Below are positions 28,295-38,488 of a stretch of 64,000 bases of DNA, one piece after another. Origin of the DNA: a bacterium (GTDB lineage Bacteria; ARS69). The notes under the pieces were generated by a model. It ran no database searches. It was not told where the DNA came from and was given only the letters and a program-made list of their open reading frames with translations. Where the stretch lies: NCBI GenBank assembly GCA_046330135.1, contig JAXLTI010000003.1, forward strand, positions 1,128,221 to 1,192,220, given 5' to 3'. Numbering within the stretch: the first letter of the stretch is position 1; every line of letters starts with the position of its first letter. The translations under genes were made by a program, and so were the position numbers.

Positions 28295-29014
28295 GTGCGA
28301 ACCGTCATCGTCGTCCCGACCTACAACGAAGCGCCGAATCTGGAGCGGCTCGTGGCGGAGCTGCGCCGCATCGTCCCCGAAGCCGACATCCTGGTGGTGG
28401 ACGACCGCTCGCCGGACGGCACGGGCGAGATCGCGGACCGCCTCGCGGCCGCGGACCCGCACGTGTCCGTGGTCCACCGCGCCCCGCCCAAGGGGAGAGG
28501 CCTCGCCGGCCGGGACGGCTTCCTCGCGGCGCTCGCGTCCCGCGCCGACGCGATCCTCGAGATGGACGCGGACTTCTCGCACGATCCCGCCCTGGTGCCC
28601 CGCTTCCTTTCGGAGCTGAGCCGCGGCGCCGACATGGTCCTCGCGTCCCGCTTCGTCCGCGGCGGCTCGGACACGGATCGCCCGTGGCTCCGCCGGCTCA
28701 TCACGGTGCTGGCGAACTCCTACATCCGCCTCGTGCTCGGCGTCCCCATCGGCGACTGCAACTCCGGGTATCGCGGCTTCACGCGCGCGACGCTCGAGGC
28801 GATCCGGCCCGCCACGCTGACCAGCACGGGGCCCTCGATCGTCCAGGAGGTCCTCTTCCGCGCGCACCGGGCGGGCGCTAGGATCGTCGAGATCCCGCTC
28901 GAGTTCGTCGATCGGCGCGAGGGCGACTCGAAGCTGTCGCTGGGGCTCCTCCTGGACGGGTACGTGATGATCCTCCGGCTGCGCATCCGCGAGCTCCTGG
29001 GGAAGCAGCCATGA
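28295..29014 (+). CDS. GT2 polyprenyl-phosphate glycosyltransferase (Dpm1/Ppm1-like)
   Basis: GTG after GAGGAG. Sequence VIVVPTYNEAPNLERL...LVVDDRSPDGT and DxD region, typical of GT2 Dpm1-like enzymes. Confidence 0.8.
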   Translation: MRTVIVVPTYNEAPNLERLVAELRRIVPEADILVVDDRSPDGTGEIADRLAAADPHVSVVHRAPPKGRGLAGRDGFLAALASRADAILEMDADFSHDPALVPRFLSELSRGADMVLASRFVRGGSDTDRPWLRRLITVLANSYIRLVLGVPIGDCNSGYRGFTRATLEAIRPATLTSTGPSIVQEVLFRAHRAGARIVEIPLEFVDRREGDSKLSLGLLLDGYVMILRLRIRELLGKQP

Positions 29015-31380
29015 CCACGCCGGATCCGGCTCCCGGGGAAGCCGCCGTGACCACGCCGGATCCGCCGAATGGACGAGCCGCCGTGACTGCGCCCGATCCC
29101 CTGGCCGCGAACGTTCCCCTGCGGCGGCTGACGATCGCCGCGGTGCTCCTGGCGGCGCTCTTCCTCACGTGCTTCCAGGTCACGGACACGGACCTCGGCG
29201 GGCACGTCACGGTCGGCCGGGAGATCCTGAAGAGCCACCAGATCCCGAGCACGAACTTCTTCAGCCACACGCATCCGGACTATCCCTATCCGGTGCACCA
29301 GTGGCTCGGGCAGGTGACGCTCTTCCTCGTGCATCACTTCGCGGGCGCCACGGGTCTCATCCTGCTGCGGATGCTCGTCGTCTTCCTCGGCGCGGTGCTG
29401 CTCTTCCGCAACGCGCGACGCGAGGGCGCGCCCATCGTGGTCGCCAGCGCGATCGTCCTCGTGCTCCTCGTCTGCGCGCGCCCGCGCTTCTTCGAGCGGC
29501 CCTTCCTGGTCACGATCGTGTTCCTGCCGCTCCTGCACGGCTACGTGGCCGATCTGCGGGAAGGGAAGACCCGACGCCTCTGGCCGATCATCCCGCTCAT
29601 GACGATCTGGGCGCACGTCCACTCGGGCGTCCTCTTCGGCGCGCTGTACCTCGCGGCCTCCGTGGTGGGGGAGGGCGCGAAGATCCTGCTCGCGCGACGC
29701 CCGGGCCGCCACGCCGTGCCGGGCTCGCACGTGTTCCCGGGGACGCCGCTGGACGGCTGGAACTACCGGCGGCTGGCGCTCTTCTCCGCGGTGGCGATCG
29801 CATTGCCCATCGCTACGGTCGCGCTGATCAACCCGAGCGGCGTGAAGCCGCTGGCCTTGCCGTTCCTCTTCTATCAGAACCAGGCGTTCCGCCAGATGAT
29901 CCTCGAGTACCACTCCGTGCGGCTGTCCGTGGATTGGCCGTGGGATCTCGTGGCGGGCGCGGCGCTGCTCGGCGTGCTGCTGCGCCCGCGTCGCGTGGAC
30001 CTCACGCAGCTTCTCGTGTCGCTCGGCTTCGGGATCCTCGCGTACCAGGCGGTGCGGGAGATCATCACGTTCGCCGCGGCGTCGGCGCCGCTCCTCGGGC
30101 GCACGTGGGGCGCGCTCGCGGACGATCTCTTCGCGCGCATCGGTCGCGGGCGTCGTGGGCAGGCGTCGAGCGAGGGCGGCGGCAGCGCGCGCGCGAACGT
30201 GGCCGAGGCGATCGTGGCCTGGGCGGTCGTCGCCGCGGCCGCGTTCGTCTCCTTCCGCGCCACGCAGGACTGGATGTTCCCGTTCGGGTTCGGGATGGAT
30301 CCGAAGCACTTCCCCGAGCGCGCGGTGGACTTCCTCTGGGCGGAGAACATCCAGGGTCCGATCTTCAACACCGACGTCTTCTCGTCCTGCATCCTGCTGC
30401 GCGGCAAGGGGCGGCGCTTCCCGGTCTTCGTGGACGCGCGGCTCGAGGCGTATCCGGAGAGCTTCTGGCGCGACGAGTACTACCGCGTGCTCGAAGCGGC
30501 GCCCGGATGGGAGGACGTGCTCCGCCGCTACGACGTCCAGTGCGCGATCCTCCGCCGCGCCGGCGGGGAGGTGGACGACCGGATCGGCGACGTCCTCTGG
30601 AAGGACCCCGGCTGGGGCTGCGTCTACTGGGACGACGCCATGATGATCTTCGTGCGTCGGGGTGGGCGGGCGCCGCGCAACGACGAGGTCCTCCGGTCCT
30701 GGGCGTTCACGGCCTTCTCGCCGCGTCGCCCGGAGGACGTGCGCGCGCTGCGCGGGGCGGCCCTGGACCGTGCCGTCGCGGAGCTCACGCGCCTCACCGG
30801 ATGGGAGGAGACCTCGTTCCTCCCGCGCTGGGCGCTCGCGGCCGCCTGGACGAGGCAGGGCAAGGGCGAGGACGCCGCGGACCTCTTCGCCCGCCTCGCC
30901 GCGCTCCGGGACGCGAAGCACAACGCGGCGTTCGTCCGGAGCCGTGCGGAAGCCGAGCTGGTGGCGGGGCGCCGGAGCCGGTGGGCGGAGCTTCTGACGG
31001 AGGCCAAGGCGGACCCGAACACGGCGGCGTCGCTCTTCGACGGGGCCGCCCTCCTGGCCGCGGCCGGCAAGTCCGACTCGTCCATCGCGATGTACGGCGA
31101 GGTGCTGCGCGCGGACCCGTCGAACGCGGATGCGTCGAACAACCTCGCGCTGCTCCTCGGTCGCGCGGGCCGGACCAAGGAAGGGCTCCAGCGCGTGAAC
31201 GAGGCGTTGCGCCGCTCCCCGAACGACGCCTACTACGTGGCCACGCGCGCCGAGATCCTCTCCCTGGACGGGGACCGCGCCGGCGCCCTGGCCGAGTTCC
31301 GGAAGTCCCTCGATCTCCTCCCGGCCGACGACAAGGCGGCGCGCGAGGAGGTCATGCACTGGATCCTCAAGCTGGAGTGA
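29011..31380 (+). CDS. Multi-pass membrane protein with C-terminal TPR repeats (GT-C / TMTC-like putative glycosyltransferase)
   Basis: Start overlaps the GT2 stop. About 10 predicted TM helices in the N-terminal 400 aa. C-terminal TPR-like helical repeats. 33-nt in-frame direct repeat at the N-terminus (AAVTTPDPPNGR / AAVTAPDP). Confidence 0.55.
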   Translation: MTTPDPAPGEAAVTTPDPPNGRAAVTAPDPLAANVPLRRLTIAAVLLAALFLTCFQVTDTDLGGHVTVGREILKSHQIPSTNFFSHTHPDYPYPVHQWLGQVTLFLVHHFAGATGLILLRMLVVFLGAVLLFRNARREGAPIVVASAIVLVLLVCARPRFFERPFLVTIVFLPLLHGYVADLREGKTRRLWPIIPLMTIWAHVHSGVLFGALYLAASVVGEGAKILLARRPGRHAVPGSHVFPGTPLDGWNYRRLALFSAVAIALPIATVALINPSGVKPLALPFLFYQNQAFRQMILEYHSVRLSVDWPWDLVAGAALLGVLLRPRRVDLTQLLVSLGFGILAYQAVREIITFAAASAPLLGRTWGALADDLFARIGRGRRGQASSEGGGSARANVAEAIVAWAVVAAAAFVSFRATQDWMFPFGFGMDPKHFPERAVDFLWAENIQGPIFNTDVFSSCILLRGKGRRFPVFVDARLEAYPESFWRDEYYRVLEAAPGWEDVLRRYDVQCAILRRAGGEVDDRIGDVLWKDPGWGCVYWDDAMMIFVRRGGRAPRNDEVLRSWAFTAFSPRRPEDVRALRGAALDRAVAELTRLTGWEETSFLPRWALAAAWTRQGKGEDAADLFARLAALRDAKHNAAFVRSRAEAELVAGRRSRWAELLTEAKADPNTAASLFDGAALLAAAGKSDSSIAMYGEVLRADPSNADASNNLALLLGRAGRTKEGLQRVNEALRRSPNDAYYVATRAEILSLDGDRAGALAEFRKSLDLLPADDKAAREEVMHWILKLE

Positions 31381-31562
31381 TCCGGGCGCTGGCCGGCCCG
31401 GGCCGCGCCGCCGGCAGCCCTGTTCGGGCGGCAGCCCTGTTCGGGAACGCCGCATGCCCGGCCCTCGCGGGCCATCCGCTCCAGCGTCGCCCTCGCCTTG
31501 TTCGTGCTCGGGGACGGTGTTACCCTGTCCCGCCCCTTCCATTGCGCGAGGCGGAGGTTTCC

Positions 31563-34235
31563 GTGGCGGAGCCCAAGATCCACGAGCTCCCGAAGGCGTA
31601 CGAGCCGGCGGCCGTCGAGGAGCGGATCTACGGCTTCTGGGAGGCCGGCGGGCACTTCCACGCGGACCCGCGCTCGTCGAAGCCCCCGTTCACGATCATG
31701 ATCCCGCCGCCCAACGTGACCGGCGTCCTCCACATGGGGCACGCCTTGAACAACACGTTGCAGGACATCGTGATCCGGCACCGTCGCATGGCCGGGTTCG
31801 AGGCGCTCTGGCTGCCCGGCACCGATCACGCCGGCATCGCCACGCAGGCCGTGGTGGAGAAGCAGCTCTACAAGGAGTTCGGGCTCACGCGCGAATCGAT
31901 GGGCCGCGAGGCGTTCGTCGGCGAGATCTGGAAATGGCGGGAGCGGCACGGGGACGCCATCCTCCGTCAGCTTCGCCGCCTCGGCTGCTCGTGCGACTGG
32001 TCGCGGACGAAGTTCACCCTCGACGACGACATGAGCCGCGCGGTGGCCACCGCCTTCGTGCGCCTCTGGGAGCGCGGGCTCGTCTACCGCGGCGCGCGGC
32101 TCGTGAACTGGGATTGCACGCTGCGCACCGCCGTCTCCGACGACGAGATCGAGTACGTGCCGCGGCGCGGCAAGCTCTGGTACGTCCGCTATCCGGTGCG
32201 CGGGGAGGAAGGTCGCTTCATCACCGTGGCCACCACGCGGCCGGAGACCATGCTCGGCGACACGGGCGTGGCGGTGCATCCGGGCGACGAGCGCTGGAGC
32301 AGCTTCATCGGCAAGACCGTGTTGCTGCCGCTGCTGGATCGGCCCATTCCCGTGGTGGCGGACGAGACGGTGGAGACCGCGTTCGGCACGGGCGCGGTGA
32401 AGGTGACGCCGGGCCACGATCCCGCGGACTACGACCGCGGGCAGCGCTTCGGCCTGCCCATCGTGAGCCTGTTCGAGCCGGACGGGACGCTCGGCGAGGC
32501 GGCGGGCCCGTATCGCGGGCAAACGCGCGAGGGCGCGCGCGAGCGGATCGTGGCGGACCTCGAGGCGCGCGGGCTCCTGGAGAAGGTGGAGGAGATCGAG
32601 CACAACGTGGCCGTGTCGGACCGCTCGCGGGACACGATCGAGCCGTTGATCTCGGAGCAGTGGTTCGTGCGCATGAAGGAGATCGCCGGGCCCGCCATCG
32701 AGGCGGTGAAGTCCGGCCGGCTCAAGATCGTCCCGGAGCGCTGGGCGAAGGTGTACCTGGACTGGCTCGAGAACGTGCGGGACTGGTGCATCTCGCGGCA
32801 GCTCTGGTGGGGCCACCGCATCCCCGTGTGGTACGACGAGGACGGAGTGCCCGCCGCCTCCGCGCTGCCGCTCGCGCGCGGCTCGCCGCACCCGAAGACC
32901 GGCAAGCGCATCGTGCGCCAGGACGACGACGTGCTGGACACGTGGGCGTCCAGCTGGCTGTGGCCCTTCGCCACGCTCGGCTGGCCGGAGCGCACCGCGG
33001 ATCTCGCGCGCTTCTATCCCACGCAGTTCCTGAGCACCGCGCGGGAGATCATCTACCTGTGGGTGGCGCGCATGGTGATCGCGGGCTACGAGCTGCTGGA
33101 CTTCCTCCCGGAGGACCAGCGCTGCCCGTTCTCCACTTGTTACATTCACGCCACGGTGCTCGACACGCAGGGCCGGCGGATGTCGAAGAGCCTGGGCAAC
33201 GGCATCGACCCGATCGAGATGATCGACAAGTACGGCGCGGACGCGGTGCGCTACTCGCTCGTGACGCTCACCCGCGAGGGCCAGGACGTGAAGCTGGCGG
33301 AGAACCGCTTCGAGCTGGGCCAGCGCTTCTGCAACAAGATCTGGAACGCGGTGCGCTTCGCCCTCGCCAACCTGGACGGCGTGCCGCAGGGGCCGCTCGG
33401 CGAGACGCTCGAGGATCGCTGGATCCTCTCGCGCACGCGGCGCGCGATCCGCGAGGTGGAGTCGTCGCTCACGGAGTACCGCTTCCACGACGGCGCCGCG
33501 GAGCTGTACCGCTTCTTCTGGAACGACCTGTGCGACTGGTACCTCGAGGTCGCGAAGCGCCGGCTGGCGCCCGGCGCGAGCGAGTCGGATCGGGAGGCGG
33601 CGCGCGCCACGCTGGCGCGGGTCCTCTCCGCCACGATCCGCATGCTGCATCCGTATCTTCCGTTCGTGACCGAGGAGCTGTGGAGCTACCTGCCGGGGAC
33701 GGACGGCGCGCTCGTGGTGGCCCCGTGGCCGGACGCGGACGCGTTCCGCGCGGACGAGGCCGCGGAGGCGGACTTCGAGCGGCTGCGCGAGACGGTCTCG
33801 GCGGTGCGGAACCTGCGCAGCTCCATGAACGTGCCGCCGAGCGCCACGGTGCGCCTGCTGGTGCACTCGGACGACGCGGACCTCGCGCGCGTGCTCGCCG
33901 AGACGTCGGAGCTGGCCACGGCGCTCGCGCGGCTGTCGGAGGTGACGGTGGGCCCGAGCGTCGCGAAGCCGAAGAGCGCGGCCAGCGCGGTGGTGCGCGG
34001 GGGAACGGTCTGGGTGCCGCTCGAGGGCGTCATCGACCTCGACGTCGAGCGCGAGAGGCTGCGCCGCGAGAACGAGCGCCTGGAGAACCTGGTCTCGGGC
34101 GCCACGCGGAAGCTCGGCAACGCGGACTTCGTGTCCCGCGCGAAGCCCGAGATCGTGGACCGCGAGCGGGAGAAGCTCGCGAGCCTGAAGACCGACCTGG
34201 ACCGCGTAACCGCCGCGCTCGCGGACCTGGAGTAG
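31563..34235 (+). CDS. valS: Valyl-tRNA synthetase
   Basis: GTG after GGAGG. HIGH motif (HMGHALN). KMSKS motif (RMSKSLGN). C-terminal coiled coil. Confidence 0.9.
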   Translation: MAEPKIHELPKAYEPAAVEERIYGFWEAGGHFHADPRSSKPPFTIMIPPPNVTGVLHMGHALNNTLQDIVIRHRRMAGFEALWLPGTDHAGIATQAVVEKQLYKEFGLTRESMGREAFVGEIWKWRERHGDAILRQLRRLGCSCDWSRTKFTLDDDMSRAVATAFVRLWERGLVYRGARLVNWDCTLRTAVSDDEIEYVPRRGKLWYVRYPVRGEEGRFITVATTRPETMLGDTGVAVHPGDERWSSFIGKTVLLPLLDRPIPVVADETVETAFGTGAVKVTPGHDPADYDRGQRFGLPIVSLFEPDGTLGEAAGPYRGQTREGARERIVADLEARGLLEKVEEIEHNVAVSDRSRDTIEPLISEQWFVRMKEIAGPAIEAVKSGRLKIVPERWAKVYLDWLENVRDWCISRQLWWGHRIPVWYDEDGVPAASALPLARGSPHPKTGKRIVRQDDDVLDTWASSWLWPFATLGWPERTADLARFYPTQFLSTAREIIYLWVARMVIAGYELLDFLPEDQRCPFSTCYIHATVLDTQGRRMSKSLGNGIDPIEMIDKYGADAVRYSLVTLTREGQDVKLAENRFELGQRFCNKIWNAVRFALANLDGVPQGPLGETLEDRWILSRTRRAIREVESSLTEYRFHDGAAELYRFFWNDLCDWYLEVAKRRLAPGASESDREAARATLARVLSATIRMLHPYLPFVTEELWSYLPGTDGALVVAPWPDADAFRADEAAEADFERLRETVSAVRNLRSSMNVPPSATVRLLVHSDDADLARVLAETSELATALARLSEVTVGPSVAKPKSAASAVVRGGTVWVPLEGVIDLDVERERLRRENERLENLVSGATRKLGNADFVSRAKPEIVDREREKLASLKTDLDRVTAALADLE

Positions 34236-34411
34236 GCCCCTCGGGGGTCGGCGCGGCGGACTCCGCCGTCGGGCCGGTGGCGGGTCCGCAAACGGGGGCG
34301 GCAGGCGGAATAGGGCCGGCGCCTCCGGGGTAATGCCGGAGATCCCGCAGCCCTCGACACGTCGGGGCGCCCGCGAGAGATTGGTCCCGCTGTCCACTCG
34401 GGAGGAGCCTC

Positions 34412-35773
34412 ATGAGCCGCGCCTGGAACAGAGCGGCGGTCGTGGTGCCGGCGGCGCTGTTGGCCGCCGCGTTGCCCGCCTTGGCCGACGAGATTCACGT
34501 CACCGTCTACAACGACGACCTCGCGCTGGTGAAGGAGACGCGTCGGGTCGAGGTGCCGAAGGGCACCGGCGAGTTCTCGTTCACGGGCGTGCCGGACCGC
34601 ATCGACGCCACCACGGTCCGCCTGAACCCCGGCCCCGGCGGCGGCCTGGTCGTCCTGGAGCAGAACTACCGTTATGACCTGGTGAGCCGGGACAAGCTGC
34701 TCGAGCGCTACCTCGACCGTACCGTGCGGATCCTCACGAAGCACGACAAGCTGCACGAGGGCGTGCTCAAGACCGCCGCCGGCGCGCTCGTGCTGAACGG
34801 GAAGGACGGGGTCGTCGTCGTGAACGACGACGAGATCGCCGACCTGACCCTCCCCGAGCTGCCCGAGGGTCTCGTGACTCGCCCCACCCTCGTGTGGAAG
34901 CTCGAGAACTCCGGGGCCACCCAGCGGGACCTCGAAATCGCCTACCTGACGGGGGGCTTCTCCTGGCACGCGGAGTACGTGGCCGCCGTGGACGCGAACG
35001 ACACGAAGATGGGCCTCTCGGGTTGGGTCTCCCTCGACAACCACTCCGGCGCCACCTACAAGGACGCCCACCTGAAGGTCGTCGCAGGCGACGTCCACCG
35101 GGCCACGCAGGCGCCCTCCCCGATCGTCATGGGGGGCATGCGGACGGACATGATGGCGAAGGCGGCGCCCGAGATGGAGGAACGGACCTTCTTCGAGTAC
35201 CACATCTACGACCTGGACCGCCCCACGACCCTGGCGGATCGGGAGGTCAAGCAGGTCCAGCTGATCGCCGATCGAGAGGTACCGGTCCAGAAGCTCTACG
35301 TCTACGAGCCCACGTCCGGGAACGACAAGGTCCTGGTGAAGCTGGAGTTCGAGAACAAGAAGGAGCGAGGGCTCGGGATCCCGTTGCCGGCCGGCGTGTT
35401 CCGCGTGTATCGGGAGGACGTCGGGGGGGCGCTGGAGTTCGCGGGCGAGGACCGGATCCAGCACACGGCGAGGGACGAGAAGGTCTCCGTCGCGCTGGGG
35501 AACGCCTTCGACCTCGTCGGCGAGCGGAACGAGATGGAGAGCAAGCGCCTCTCGGATCGCGTCTTCGAGCGGGCGATCCAGATCAAGCTCCGCAACCGGA
35601 AGGAGAAGGACGCGGTCACCATCAAGGTCCGCGAGCATCCGGGCGGGAACTGGACGGTGCTCTCGTCCAGCCTGGAGTGGAAGAAGCCGAAGGCCGCGGA
35701 CCTGGAGTTCGAGGTGCCGGTGGCGGCCGGGAAGGAAGTGGTTCTCGACTACCGCGTGCGCACGGAGTTCTGA
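34412..35773 (+). CDS. Secreted DUF4139-like protein
   Basis: Signal peptide. N-terminal IHVTVYNDDLALVKETRRVEVPKGTGEFSF pattern resembling DUF4139-family proteins. Confidence 0.45.
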   Translation: MSRAWNRAAVVVPAALLAAALPALADEIHVTVYNDDLALVKETRRVEVPKGTGEFSFTGVPDRIDATTVRLNPGPGGGLVVLEQNYRYDLVSRDKLLERYLDRTVRILTKHDKLHEGVLKTAAGALVLNGKDGVVVVNDDEIADLTLPELPEGLVTRPTLVWKLENSGATQRDLEIAYLTGGFSWHAEYVAAVDANDTKMGLSGWVSLDNHSGATYKDAHLKVVAGDVHRATQAPSPIVMGGMRTDMMAKAAPEMEERTFFEYHIYDLDRPTTLADREVKQVQLIADREVPVQKLYVYEPTSGNDKVLVKLEFENKKERGLGIPLPAGVFRVYREDVGGALEFAGEDRIQHTARDEKVSVALGNAFDLVGERNEMESKRLSDRVFERAIQIKLRNRKEKDAVTIKVREHPGGNWTVLSSSLEWKKPKAADLEFEVPVAAGKEVVLDYRVRTEF

Positions 35774-35806
35774 CGCGAGGTCGGTCGAGGGCGGACGGGG
35801 GAAGGC

Positions 35807-36952
35807 ATGGAAGGACTCGGCGAGTTTCTGCGCAAGGGTCGTGAGAGATCGGGCGTCACGCTCGAGGACCTCGCGCGCCGGACGCGCATCCGCATCGAGA
35901 ACCTCGAGAGCCTCGAGAAGGAGGACCTCGAGAGCCTCCCCTCGGACGCGTACGTGCGCGGCTTCGTGCGGCAGGTGTGCCGCGAGATCGGCGTGGAGGC
36001 GAACGAAGCCATCGTCCGCTACGAGATGTTGCGTGCGCAGAGCGGTCCGCCGGACGAGATGACGTGGGCGGAGGAGCGCGTCGACGAGACGCCGGGTCGG
36101 CTCGAGCGCGCCCTGGAGGACCCCGAGCGCGTCGTGCGCATCGCGCGTCGCGGCGGGTGGTGGGCCGGCGCCGTGCTCGCCGGCGCGGCCGTCCTCCTGG
36201 TGCTCGGGATCGGTTGGCGCGTGATTCGCGGGGACATGCCGCGAGAGGGCTCGGAGCCGAGCGGGGCGCAGGACGCACGAGACTCGGCGGCCCAGGCCGT
36301 CGAGACGGCGTCGCCCGCGGCCGCTGCGACCCCGGAGGCGCCTTCCTCCTCCGCGCCCACGTCGGTGCAGACCGCCCAGACCGCCCAGACCGCTCAGGCG
36401 GCGCCATCGCCGGCCGCGTCTCCGGAGAAGGCTCCCGTGTCTCCGGAGAAGGCTCCCGCGCCGCCCCAGAAGGCTCCCGAGCTGGCGCGCGAGAAGGCCC
36501 CGGCGACGGCCGGCGAGAAGCCTGCCGAGACGGCTCGCGAGACGCCGGCTTCCGAGACGGTCACCCCGGGACGGACCACGCCGCCGCGGCCCACCCCGGC
36601 GGGCACGGGCATTCCGGTCCAGGCGAGCGCCTCGCCGACCTCGTCTTCGTGGCCGTCCCTGCCGGACCCCGCCGGGGCGCCGCCTCAGACGGGCGAGAGC
36701 GGCGGGAAGCTCGTACTCCAGGTGGTGGCGGTGCGAGCCGCCGAAATCTCGGTGCTCCTGGATGGAGCGGGCCAGCCGCGGCGCGCCACGCTCGCCGCGG
36801 GGGAACGCCGGGAGTGGAAGGCCGACCGCTTCTTCGACCTCACCGCGAGCGACGGCGGCGCCGTCCACCTCTTCCTGAACGGGCAGGACCTCGGTCTCGC
36901 CGGCAAGGACGGCCAGGGGACCGTGCGCACGCTCTCGCGCACCGCGCACTGA
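35807..36952 (+). CDS. RodZ-like cytoskeleton protein (HTH, TM, Pro-rich linker, DUF4115)
   Basis: N-terminal XRE-type HTH (LRKGRERSGVTLEDLARRTRI). Single TM. Low-complexity Pro/Ala-rich region with short tandem repeats (QTAQTAQTAQ; SPEKAPV/SPEKAPA). C-terminal DUF4115-like beta domain. Confidence 0.6.
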   Translation: MEGLGEFLRKGRERSGVTLEDLARRTRIRIENLESLEKEDLESLPSDAYVRGFVRQVCREIGVEANEAIVRYEMLRAQSGPPDEMTWAEERVDETPGRLERALEDPERVVRIARRGGWWAGAVLAGAAVLLVLGIGWRVIRGDMPREGSEPSGAQDARDSAAQAVETASPAAAATPEAPSSSAPTSVQTAQTAQTAQAAPSPAASPEKAPVSPEKAPAPPQKAPELAREKAPATAGEKPAETARETPASETVTPGRTTPPRPTPAGTGIPVQASASPTSSSWPSLPDPAGAPPQTGESGGKLVLQVVAVRAAEISVLLDGAGQPRRATLAAGERREWKADRFFDLTASDGGAVHLFLNGQDLGLAGKDGQGTVRTLSRTAH

Positions 36953-37033
36953 CGCTCCGAGCATGCTGACGCGGCCGGCGTCGCCCGACCCAGGCCGGTG
37001 GGCGAAGAACGTCGGCGAAGCGTCCCGCCTGCG

Positions 37034-38488
37034 CTAGGTCAGGCTGGCCACCGCGGTCTGGATCAGTCGCTGCACCGCGCCGGGCTGCACGCCCAGCCAC
37101 ACGACGAGCAGCACGAGCGCCGAGAGGACCGCCCCGGCGGCGATCGGAACCCAGGGCTTGCCGGCGAGCGGCGCTTCCACGGCGTGCGGGTCGGTGCCCG
37201 CGCCCTCCGCCATCACGAGGATGATCCGCAGGTAGTAGTAGATGCCGACCGCGCTGCCCACCGCGAGGACGGCGGCCAGCCCGAAGAGCGAGGACTCGAT
37301 GCCCGCGGAGAGCACGTAGAACTTGCCGAGGAAGCCCGCGGTGAGGGGGATCCCGGCGAGGGACAGGAGGCTCACCGTGAGCACCGTGGCCAGCCCCGGA
37401 CTGCGCCAGAACAGCCCGCGGTAGTCCGCGATCGACTCGGCGTCCCGCTCGGATTCCGAGAGGACCGTGACCACCCCGAACGCCGCGAGGGAGGTCACGA
37501 AGTAGGCGAGCAGGTAGAACGTCACCGCCGGCAGCGCCAGGTCTCCGTCGGCCAGGACCGCCACCAGCACGTACCCGAAGTGCGCGATCGACGAGTACGC
37601 CAGGATCCGCTTCACGTTGGTCTGGAGGAGGGCGAGCAGGTTGCCCGCGAGCATGGACGCCGCCGCGATGGCGCTCAGCACGATGAAGATCGTGGATTCC
37701 CGCGGCAGCCCGATCTGCATGAGGAGCCGCACCACCGCCGCCACCATGCCGCCCTTCGAGACCGTCGCGATGAACGCCGTCACCGGGGCGGGCGCGCCCT
37801 GGTAGACGTCCGGCGTCCAGAGGTGGAACGGCACGAGCGCCAGCTTGAAGCCCACGCCCACCACGAGCAGCGCGAGCCCCGCCGTGACGATCATCCCGCC
37901 GGGGGTGGCCGTGGCGAGGCGCGTGGCCAGCTCGGCGAACTGCAGCGTCCCCGTTTCCGCGTACAGGAGGGCCATCCCGAAGAGCAGGAAGCCCGACGTG
38001 GCGCCCGCGAGCATCAGGTACTTCACGCCGGCCTCCACGCAAAGCCGCTGGGTCCGGCTGTACGAGATGAGCGCGTAGAGCGAGATGCTGAGCGTCTCGA
38101 GCCCCAGGAAGAACGAGGCGAAGTGCGTGCTCGCCGCCAGCACCGCCGAGCCGAGCGTGGCGGTCTGGAGGAGGACGTAGAACTCCTCCGGGTTCTCCCG
38201 GCGCTTGTCGAGGTACGCGTGGGAGAGGAGGGCCACCACGGCGGCGGCGCCCGCGAGGAGGACGAACATGAACAGCGCGAACCCGTCCATGCGGATCAGC
38301 GGCGTCACCTGACGATCGACTGCCGCGGCCGTGAACGGCAGGCTGGCCACCGACGCGGCGAGGCCCACGAGCGTGGAGGCCAGCACCAGCCCGTGGCGTC
38401 GCCGCCACGAGAGGAGCGCCAGCGAGACGCATGCGGAGGCGCCCAGGACGATGAGGGGCAGGATGGGGAGCGGATTGAACGGCGTCAC
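37034..38488 (-). CDS. nuoN: NADH-quinone oxidoreductase subunit N
   Basis: Polytopic antiporter-like subunit, last in the nuo operon order. Start approximate. The track ORF reads through upstream. Confidence 0.7.
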   Translation of the reverse strand: MTPFNPLPILPLIVLGASACVSLALLSWRRRHGLVLASTLVGLAASVASLPFTAAAVDRQVTPLIRMDGFALFMFVLLAGAAAVVALLSHAYLDKRRENPEEFYVLLQTATLGSAVLAASTHFASFFLGLETLSISLYALISYSRTQRLCVEAGVKYLMLAGATSGFLLFGMALLYAETGTLQFAELATRLATATPGGMIVTAGLALLVVGVGFKLALVPFHLWTPDVYQGAPAPVTAFIATVSKGGMVAAVVRLLMQIGLPRESTIFIVLSAIAAASMLAGNLLALLQTNVKRILAYSSIAHFGYVLVAVLADGDLALPAVTFYLLAYFVTSLAAFGVVTVLSESERDAESIADYRGLFWRSPGLATVLTVSLLSLAGIPLTAGFLGKFYVLSAGIESSLFGLAAVLAVGSAVGIYYYLRIILVMAEGAGTDPHAVEAPLAGKPWVPIAAGAVLSALVLLVVWLGVQPGAVQRLIQTAVASLT

